From contig DATEII010000125.1 in NCBI GenBank assembly GCA_035279135.1, forward strand, positions 740 to 64,739: DNA of 64,000 bases. The letters are read 5' to 3'. The position numbers were made by a program, and so were the translations under genes. This document shows, piece after piece, positions 19,353-26,827 of the stretch (its first letter is position 1; each line of letters opens with the position of its first letter). Source of the DNA: Steroidobacteraceae bacterium. Its GTDB lineage: Bacteria > Pseudomonadota > Gammaproteobacteria > Steroidobacterales > Steroidobacteraceae. Under the pieces are notes generated by a model. It was not told where the DNA came from, did not search any database, and saw nothing but the letters and a program-made list of their open reading frames with translations.

Positions 19353-21002
19353 GTGACCACCACCCGACGCGAGGCGCTCGGCGCCCTCCTGGGCGCCGGC
19401 GCTTCCGTAGCCGCGACCGCGACTGCCACTGCGGCCGGTGCGAAAGCACCGGCCGTTGCCACTTGTGCGGGCGACTGGGCGAAACTGCGCTGGGCCACGG
19501 GCTTCGAAGGCCAGCGCAAGCCGGATCTCGGCGACGGCACGTTCCTGAACCCGCTGATCAGCGGTGATCATCCGGATCCGTCGATCGTCCGCGATGGCGC
19601 TAACTACTACCTCACTTTCTCGAGCTTCGACGCCTATCCCGGTCTGCCGGTGTGGCGCTCCACCGATCTCGTGAACTGGCAGCCCATCGGCCCGACACTC
19701 GGGAAGCCGGTGGGCTCGGTGTGGGCGCCGGAGCTCGTGCACCACGAGGGCAGGTTCTACAACTACTTCCATGCGCGCACGCCCGAGTACCGCTCGCTGT
19801 ACGTGATCACGGCGGAGCGCATCGAAGGACCGTGGAGCGATCCGGTCGATCTCCAGCTGCATGCGCACATCGATCCCGGTCACGTGGTCGGCGAGGACGA
19901 CCGGCGTTACCTGTTCCTGAGCGGCGGCGATCGCGTGCGCCTGGCAGCCGATGGCCTGGCGACCGACGGCGCCGTCGAGCACGTCTACGACCCCTGGCGC
20001 TACCCGGCCGACTGGGTGGTCGAAACCTTTGCGCCCGAGGGGCCCAAGGTGCTGCGTCACGGCGGCTGGTTCTATCTCATCCTCGCGGTCGGCGGGACGG
20101 CCGGTCCGCCCACCGGCCACATGGTGATCGTCGCGCGCTCCAAGTCCGTGCATGGACCCTGGGAGAACGCGCCTAACAACCCCATCGTGCGCACCGTGTC
20201 CGCCTCGGAGAAGTGGTGGTCGCGCGGCCATGCCACACCCCTCGAGGCGCCCGACGGTTCCTGGTGGCTGGTGTATCACGGGTACGAGAACGGCTTCTGG
20301 ACGCTCGGTCGCCAGACGCTGCTCGATCCCATGCATTTCACGCCGGACGGCTGGATCACCGCCGATGGCGGTGACCTCTCGCGGCCGTTGCGCAAGCCGC
20401 GCGTGGACAAAACCATGGCACGTGGAACACCCGCGCATGGCGCGCCGCTCTCCGATGATTTCGCGGGACCGGTGCTGCGTCCGCAGTGGTCGTTCTACGA
20501 TCCGGGTCCCGAGGAATCGCGGCGCCTGCGATTCGAGGGCGGCGCACTGATCGTCGCCGGCAAGGGCACGCAGCCCCACGACTGTTCACCGCTCACCTTC
20601 GTCACCGGCGATCTCGCCTACCAGTTCGAAGTGCAGGTCGAGGTGACCGGCGATGCGCAGGCCGGCGTGCTGCTGTTCTACAACCGGCGCCTGTACTGCG
20701 GGCTCGGCTTCGACGCGCAGCGATTCACCATGCATCGCTACGGCCTGCAACGCACGCGCGCCAAACCCGAGGGCGCAGCCCGCGTGATGTGGCTGCGGGT
20801 GACCAATGACCACCAGGTGGTCAGCCTCCATCACAGCGTGGACGGCAAGGCGTGGAACAAGTTCGACGTGCAGATGGAGGTGTCCGGGTACCACCACAAC
20901 GTGGCCGGCGATTTCCTGTCGCTGCGGCCGGCGATCTTCGTGGCCGGCCACGGCCAGGCATCCTTCCGGACGCTGGGATTCCGGGCACTTACGGCCCCCT
21001 GA
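19353..21002 (+). CDS. GH43 beta-xylosidase / alpha-L-arabinofuranosidase with a Tat-type signal
   Basis: MTTTRREALGALLGAGASVAATA is the leader. GDHPDPSIVRDGANYYLTFSSF and WAPELVHHEGRFY are typical of GH43 (XynB-like), and there is a C-terminal beta-sandwich region. It starts 7 bp after the TBDR stop. Confidence 0.88.
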   Translation: MTTTRREALGALLGAGASVAATATATAAGAKAPAVATCAGDWAKLRWATGFEGQRKPDLGDGTFLNPLISGDHPDPSIVRDGANYYLTFSSFDAYPGLPVWRSTDLVNWQPIGPTLGKPVGSVWAPELVHHEGRFYNYFHARTPEYRSLYVITAERIEGPWSDPVDLQLHAHIDPGHVVGEDDRRYLFLSGGDRVRLAADGLATDGAVEHVYDPWRYPADWVVETFAPEGPKVLRHGGWFYLILAVGGTAGPPTGHMVIVARSKSVHGPWENAPNNPIVRTVSASEKWWSRGHATPLEAPDGSWWLVYHGYENGFWTLGRQTLLDPMHFTPDGWITADGGDLSRPLRKPRVDKTMARGTPAHGAPLSDDFAGPVLRPQWSFYDPGPEESRRLRFEGGALIVAGKGTQPHDCSPLTFVTGDLAYQFEVQVEVTGDAQAGVLLFYNRRLYCGLGFDAQRFTMHRYGLQRTRAKPEGAARVMWLRVTNDHQVVSLHHSVDGKAWNKFDVQMEVSGYHHNVAGDFLSLRPAIFVAGHGQASFRTLGFRALTAP

Positions 21003-21107
21003 GGGCACTTTCGTAAGGCAAAGTGTGCGCGGTTCGGTGCCGCGCTGCGGGGTACGCCGGGCACACTGCCATGTGGCCCCTGAGAACACGTGACGTAGTT
21101 CACGTTT

Positions 21108-23813
21108 ATGACCCGCACAACCACCACCACACCGGAAGGCAAGGTTACCCGGCGATCTCCATTGCCCATCATCGGCGCGGTGGTCGCCGTCATTCTGGTG
21201 GCCTTTTACGGCTGGTCACAGCGCGGCTGGCTGGTCAACGTCGCCGACATCGAATCGCGCGACGTGGACATGCAGAGCCGACAGCTCGAACGCGGCTACG
21301 AGACCGAGCTCTCCGACCTGTACTCCGCGCTCGGCGACTACGCCATCTGGAACGAGACCGCCGAGCTCGCCAGGGGCAACCGGCCCAACTACTTCGCCGA
21401 GTCGCTGAACGCTGGCGCGCTCGTGCGCCTCAACGTCGACACCCTGCTGGTGCTCGATCGCAACCTCGACACGCGCGCTTCCTTTGCCATCGATCCCACG
21501 GCGCAGGAATACGAAATTCCGCCCGACCCGGACCTGCTGGCCGCGATGAAGCAGGGCGTGACCTCGGGCCAGCTGAACTCCGTCGGCGACAGCGTGCGCG
21601 GCATCGTGCAGCGCGCCCGCGGCCCGGCGCTGTTCGTGGTGCGACCGGTGTTCGACAACTCGGGCTCGGGGCAGCCGCATGGCTGGATCGCTTTCGCACG
21701 TGCGTTCACGCCTGCGGTCGTGGACCGCATGGGCCGGTTCTCGCCCTGGCCCGTGAGCGGATTCCCGGTGGCGAATCTCGATCGCTCCGGGCTTCCCGAG
21801 GAGGTGCGCGACTGGGTGCGACGTTCGCCGCTCACCGCCAACCTGTGGACGCGGGTCGCCAGCCGCAATCACATCAATGGCTACCTGATCCTGCGTGACC
21901 AGGTCGGTACGCCGGTGTGGCTGGTGCAACTCGAGATTCCCCGCAGCGCCTTCGCGCAGGCCACGCAGACCACGCTGTACCAGACCATCCTGTTGGGCCT
22001 GCTGGTCGGCGGCTTCACCATCGTGGCCATGCTGCTGCTGGCGCGATCGCGCCGTCTGAGCGCCGACCGGCTGTCGCTCGAGTCGCGCTACCGCGCGATC
22101 ATCGAGCAGGCGCAGGACGGCTTGCTGGTGGCCGACGCACGCACCGGTGAGATCGTCGACGCCAATCCGGCGGTCCAGGAGCAGCTCGGTTTCACGATCG
22201 AGGAATTGCGCGGCCGCTCCGTGCTGTCGGTGCTGCGCGGCCCGAATGATTCGCAGGACCCCGTGATCGCGACACTGGCGCGCGTCGAACCCAGCCGCGG
22301 CATCGAGCTCGTGCAGTGGCTCAAGGATGGCCGCCAGATGGACGTGGAAGTGAGCTGCGTACCCATCGAGTCCAGCGACCGCCGTCTCGTCTCGTACCTG
22401 ATGCGCGACCTCTCGGAGCGCAAGAAGGCGCAGAGCCAGCTGCTCGCGAACCAGCAGCGCCTCGACAAGCTCGCGAACCACGATCACCTGACCGGCCTGC
22501 CGAACCGTCTGTTCCTGCAGGCCCATCTACCCGAGGCTCTCGCGCGCTGCCAGGAAGCCGGGCAGATGCTCGCCGTGTTGTTCCTCGACCTCGACCGTTT
22601 CAAGCACATCAACGACTCGCGCGGCCACGAGGTGGGCGACAAGCTGCTGCAGGAAATCGCCAAGCGCGTGCGCGCGGCGGTGCGGCCCGCGGACATCGTG
22701 GTGCGCATGGGCGGCGACGAGTTCGTCGTGGTCCTGCATCGCGTGAATGCGCCGGACGAAGTCGGCATTGCCGCAACGCGCATCAACGAGGTGTTGTCCG
22801 CTCCGGTGATGATCGACGGTCGCGCCCTGGTCGCCACGGTGTCGATCGGCGTGAGCATGTACCCGCGTGACGGCGCCACCATGGGTGAGTTGCTCAAACA
22901 TTCGGACACGGCCATGTACCAGGCCAAGGACCTCGGGCGGAACAACTTCCAGGTGTTCAGCCCGCAGATGGACCGCTCGTTGAAGGAGCGCGTGGCCATC
23001 GAGTCCAGCCTGCGCGCCGGGCTCAAGCTGCAGCAGTTCGACGTGCACTACCAGCCCATCATCGACATCCACACGCGGCGCGTCGCGGGCCTCGAGTCGC
23101 TGCTGCGCTGGAAACATCCCGCGCAGGGATACGTGTCGCCCGAACGATTCATCGAGGTGGCCGAGGAAACCGGCCTCATCATCCCGATCGGCCAGTTCGT
23201 GCTCGAGCGCCTGGGCCGCGACATCAACAACTGGCGCGAGCAGGGCGCGCACCTCGTGCCCGTGAGCATCAACGTCTCGGCCGTGCAGCTCGAGCGCACC
23301 AAGCTGCGCGAGCTCATGCAGCAGGCCATGGAGAAATACCGCATCGGGCCGCAGCTGATCGCGCTCGAGCTCACCGAGGGCTCGCTGTTCGAGCAACGCA
23401 CCGGCGAATTCCGCGAGGACGCGCTGGCATCGTTGCGTGACCTGGGCGTGAAGATCGCCATCGACGATTTCGGCACGGGCTACTCGTCACTGTCGTACCT
23501 CAAGCGCTGGCGCGTGGACTCGCTCAAGATCGACCGCAGCTTCGTGCGCGACATCGCCACCGATCCGTCCGACCACGCCATCGTCAGCGCCATCGTCGCC
23601 ATGGCCCGCAGCCTCAACATCCAGGTGGTCGCCGAAGGCATCGAGACCTGGCAGCAGCTCGAGATCCTGCGCAACATGGGTTGCAGCCTGGCGCAGGGAT
23701 TCCTGTTCGCACGGCCGTGCAGCGCCACCGACGCGTTGCGTTATCTCAAGGTGGAACCCGTCGACCTGCTCGACAACGAGTGGCAGGCGAGCTCGCTGGC
23801 GGACGCCGGCTAG
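21108..23813 (+). CDS. Membrane sensor diguanylate cyclase/phosphodiesterase (periplasmic CHASE4-like domain, PAS, GGDEF, EAL)
   Basis: 901 aa with two TM segments flanking a ~250-aa periplasmic domain. The PAS region is followed by GGDEF (RMGGDEFVVVL) and EAL motifs (ALELTEGS, DDFGTGYSSLSYL, KIDRSFV). Confidence 0.88.
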   Translation: MTRTTTTTPEGKVTRRSPLPIIGAVVAVILVAFYGWSQRGWLVNVADIESRDVDMQSRQLERGYETELSDLYSALGDYAIWNETAELARGNRPNYFAESLNAGALVRLNVDTLLVLDRNLDTRASFAIDPTAQEYEIPPDPDLLAAMKQGVTSGQLNSVGDSVRGIVQRARGPALFVVRPVFDNSGSGQPHGWIAFARAFTPAVVDRMGRFSPWPVSGFPVANLDRSGLPEEVRDWVRRSPLTANLWTRVASRNHINGYLILRDQVGTPVWLVQLEIPRSAFAQATQTTLYQTILLGLLVGGFTIVAMLLLARSRRLSADRLSLESRYRAIIEQAQDGLLVADARTGEIVDANPAVQEQLGFTIEELRGRSVLSVLRGPNDSQDPVIATLARVEPSRGIELVQWLKDGRQMDVEVSCVPIESSDRRLVSYLMRDLSERKKAQSQLLANQQRLDKLANHDHLTGLPNRLFLQAHLPEALARCQEAGQMLAVLFLDLDRFKHINDSRGHEVGDKLLQEIAKRVRAAVRPADIVVRMGGDEFVVVLHRVNAPDEVGIAATRINEVLSAPVMIDGRALVATVSIGVSMYPRDGATMGELLKHSDTAMYQAKDLGRNNFQVFSPQMDRSLKERVAIESSLRAGLKLQQFDVHYQPIIDIHTRRVAGLESLLRWKHPAQGYVSPERFIEVAEETGLIIPIGQFVLERLGRDINNWREQGAHLVPVSINVSAVQLERTKLRELMQQAMEKYRIGPQLIALELTEGSLFEQRTGEFREDALASLRDLGVKIAIDDFGTGYSSLSYLKRWRVDSLKIDRSFVRDIATDPSDHAIVSAIVAMARSLNIQVVAEGIETWQQLEILRNMGCSLAQGFLFARPCSATDALRYLKVEPVDLLDNEWQASSLADAG

Positions 23814-23887
23814 CAACCTCGACGTAATCCCCGTCACCGCGCAAATCTGAAATACTCCGCCCAGGATTGCCGGGAGGAGAGTTCATC

Positions 23888-25642
23888 GTGCGACCATGGA
23901 TGTTCGTAATCGGTTTGATCATCGGTGCGGCGGCCCACGCGGACGACCAGGCCGGCCGCGAGACGCTCAATGCCACGTTGTGGATGCAGCGCGCGCCCGA
24001 GTACCGCGCCATCGCCGAGCAGGTCTACCGGCTCGCGATGCAGAAGATAGCCGCACCGGCGCCGGGCAGCGCCGCGGTCGAACAGAAGGACGTGCCGCCC
24101 GATGTGCTGGCGCGCATGCCCACGGCGGTCGTGATGGATCTCGACGAGACCGTGCTCGACAACACCGTGTACCAGGCCCGGCTGCTGCGCGATCACACCG
24201 GTTTCAACCCGAAGACCTGGGGCGAATGGGTTGGTGCGGGCAATGCCTCCGCCGTACCAGGTGCCCGGGAATTCATCGCGGCGGCGCGGAAGCTCGGCCA
24301 CACCGTTTTTTTCCTGACGAATCGCGATTGCACCACGCCGCAGCCGACCGCCAGTGATCCTTGTCCGGCCGAGACCGCGACCATGAAGAACCTGGTGGCG
24401 CTCGGCATCGACACCGCGCCGGATCCCGAGCACCTGCTGCTGCGCAAGGAGCGCCCGGAATGGAACACCGGCGTCAAGACGCACCGGCGCGCATTCATCG
24501 CGCAGAAATATCGCATCGTTGCGCTGGTCGGTGACGATCTCGGCGACTTCGTCGATCCCAAGGTGTACGCCGGCGACCGCCAGAGGCTCGAGCCGCACTT
24601 CGGCGAGAGCTGGTTCATGCTGCCCAATCCCATCTACGGTAGTTGGACCGCGCCTTACGACAAGCTCGAGCAGAAATACGCCGGGCTCGAAACCGAAGAT
24701 CCCGTCCTCGAACTACCGGGCGGCGGCGTCTGGAAAGACGGCGCCACCAAGGTGCGCGTCGCGAGCTGGAACGTGGAATACCTCGTGACTCCGGAAACGC
24801 ACGCGGCGTTGAACGAGACCTGTGCACAGAATGGCGGCATGGTGGGCGGGGACGACCGCACCCTGCCATGCGCGATCACGCGCCACCCGGCGCGCACCGC
24901 GGCCGACTACGCGTCGCTGCGCCGATATGCCGCGCGACTCGCGGCCGACATCGTGGCGCTGCAGGAGGTGGATGGACCGGACGCGGCCGCGCTGGTGTTC
25001 CCGGGTTACGACTACTGCTTCAGCACGCGTGGCCATACGCAGAAGAACGGCTTCGCGATCCGGCGCGGACTGCCCCACCGCTGCGAACCCGAATACGAGC
25101 CGCTGTCGCTGGACAACGCCGTGCGCCGCGGCGTGGTCGCCACGTTTTTTCCGGGCACGGCCAACGAATTCAGGCTGATGTCAGTGCATTTGAAGTCGGG
25201 TTGCCCCGCGGGGCCGCTGACGGCCGAGGGTCGCAACTGCACCTTGCTCTCGCAGCAGGTGGCGCCGCTCAAGGCATGGATCGAAAACGAGGCGCGCGCC
25301 GGGCACCGCTTCGGCGTGCTCGGCGATTTCAATCGCCGCTTCACCATCGAAAAAGGCCCGCTGCGCGATGCCGAGGGCCGCCTGCTGAACGTCTACGGCG
25401 AGATCAATTCGTCGCCGTTGCCCGCCGCGAAGCTCACCAACGTCACCGGGCGCGAGAAGTTCACGCCTTGCACCACGGACAGCGAGTACCGCGAATACAT
25501 CGACAACATCCTGCTCGGCAGGGACCTGGCCGCCAGCGTGATCCGCAAGTCGTTCGTGCGCGTGGTGTTCAACGACCAGGACGCGAAGGATCACTGGCTG
25601 TCGGATCATTGCCCGGTCGGCACCGAGCTCCGCCTGCGCTGA
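23888..25642 (+). CDS. Fusion protein: class C/e(P4)-type HAD acid phosphatase (5'-nucleotidase) plus endonuclease/exonuclease/phosphatase (EEP) domain, secreted
   Basis: GTG 23888 lies 8 nt after GGAGGAG (the ORF track starts at TTG 23867). The signal peptide is ...FVIGLIIGAAAHA. The N-terminal half has VVMDLDETVLDN, LVGDDLGDF and NPIYGSW (e(P4) family). The C-terminal half has ASWNVEYL, DIVALQEVDG, GDFNRRF and SDHCPV (EEP). Confidence 0.8.
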   Translation: MRPWMFVIGLIIGAAAHADDQAGRETLNATLWMQRAPEYRAIAEQVYRLAMQKIAAPAPGSAAVEQKDVPPDVLARMPTAVVMDLDETVLDNTVYQARLLRDHTGFNPKTWGEWVGAGNASAVPGAREFIAAARKLGHTVFFLTNRDCTTPQPTASDPCPAETATMKNLVALGIDTAPDPEHLLLRKERPEWNTGVKTHRRAFIAQKYRIVALVGDDLGDFVDPKVYAGDRQRLEPHFGESWFMLPNPIYGSWTAPYDKLEQKYAGLETEDPVLELPGGGVWKDGATKVRVASWNVEYLVTPETHAALNETCAQNGGMVGGDDRTLPCAITRHPARTAADYASLRRYAARLAADIVALQEVDGPDAAALVFPGYDYCFSTRGHTQKNGFAIRRGLPHRCEPEYEPLSLDNAVRRGVVATFFPGTANEFRLMSVHLKSGCPAGPLTAEGRNCTLLSQQVAPLKAWIENEARAGHRFGVLGDFNRRFTIEKGPLRDAEGRLLNVYGEINSSPLPAAKLTNVTGREKFTPCTTDSEYREYIDNILLGRDLAASVIRKSFVRVVFNDQDAKDHWLSDHCPVGTELRLR

Positions 25643-26810
25643 CGTCGATCCACACCAGCCGGTGATCGGAGCTGGGTGGCGGCTGGTCGCCCCACACCAG
25701 CCTCGCAGTGGCGTCCGACTGCCGCGGCCAGAACACGCCGCCGCCGCAGACGCGCAGTCCCTTCGAGGGCAGTAGATAGTCGACGCGCAGGTTGCCGGCG
25801 CTGCGATCGTTGAAATCCGCGGTATCGAAACGCGCATCGCCGCGCTGCGTGGCATTGGCGCCGCCCTGGGCGGCGCCCGCTTCGATGGCGCCGGCACTCT
25901 GCGGAACGAAGGAGCCATTCACGCGCGCATCGTGGATCAGGGCGTCGATCGCGTCGTGCAGGCTGCCGCCATCGATCGGGTCCGAGTTCTGGTCGCCCAT
26001 GATCACGAAGTTTCCCCCTGCAAAGCCGCCGGCATGCCCCGCATCGTCGCGCAGGTAGCGCGACTCCTTGGGCGCCAGGTAGTCGGACCAGAAACGCACC
26101 TCGTCGTGGTTGCGCCGGCCGTTGCGATCCTCGGGTCCATCGAACGCGGGTGGCGTGGGATGGCTCGCGAGCAGGTGCAGCGTGAGCTTAGCATCGGCGA
26201 TCACGGGCAGGTCCCAGTGCGACTTCGAGGACAGCGGCAACACCGCGAGCATCTCGGGTGTGTACCAGTCATTCGGTGCGGGCGTGGCCGGGTCGTCGGG
26301 CAACAGCGCACCGGGCAGGTCGCGCCACAGGAACTTGCGGAAGGTGCGCACTGCTGAGGTATCGATCCTGAACTTCGACAACACGGCCATGCCGTACTGG
26401 CCCGGGAATTCCCCGAAACCGAGCGCGTCGCCGCCACCGCCCACCTTGCCGTCATGGTCCAGGTCGAAGCCCGAAGGCACCCCCGTGTTCGAAGGCGCGA
26501 CGAACGAGTATCGGAACGAGGCGGGCTGCAGGCCATCCGCTTGCGGCACGAGGTAGTTAGCCTGGAACAGCCGCAGCGCCTCTCCCCGCGCGTCGTAGTC
26601 GAACTCCTGCAGCAGCAGGATGTCGGGCTGCACGCGGCGGATGATTTCGGCCACGGCGCGTGCCTGGGCGTCGTCGGGCGTGGAGAGCGACCGGATCAAT
26701 CCGCCTTCGGCAGGGCGGTTGAGGCTGCAGTTGAAGGTGGCGATCCGTATCGCCGGCGTCACGGGCCGCGACGCGCCGGCGGCGGGCAGGATGCCCGCCG
26801 CCAGCAGCAA
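25569..26810 (-). CDS. Endonuclease/exonuclease/phosphatase (EEP) family protein, probably exported
   Basis: EEP motifs are IATFNCSLN, DILLLQEFDYD, IMGDQNSDP and SDHRLVW. It has a TTG start 17 bp downstream of the TBDR stop, so the two genes are likely in one operon. Its 3' tail overlaps the convergent fusion gene by 74 bp. Confidence 0.78.
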   Translation of the reverse strand: MLLAAGILPAAGASRPVTPAIRIATFNCSLNRPAEGGLIRSLSTPDDAQARAVAEIIRRVQPDILLLQEFDYDARGEALRLFQANYLVPQADGLQPASFRYSFVAPSNTGVPSGFDLDHDGKVGGGGDALGFGEFPGQYGMAVLSKFRIDTSAVRTFRKFLWRDLPGALLPDDPATPAPNDWYTPEMLAVLPLSSKSHWDLPVIADAKLTLHLLASHPTPPAFDGPEDRNGRRNHDEVRFWSDYLAPKESRYLRDDAGHAGGFAGGNFVIMGDQNSDPIDGGSLHDAIDALIHDARVNGSFVPQSAGAIEAGAAQGGANATQRGDARFDTADFNDRSAGNLRVDYLLPSKGLRVCGGGVFWPRQSDATARLVWGDQPPPSSDHRLVWIDVSAGGARCRPGNDPTASDPSRPGR

Positions 26811-26827
26811 CCACGCGCGCGCGATGC

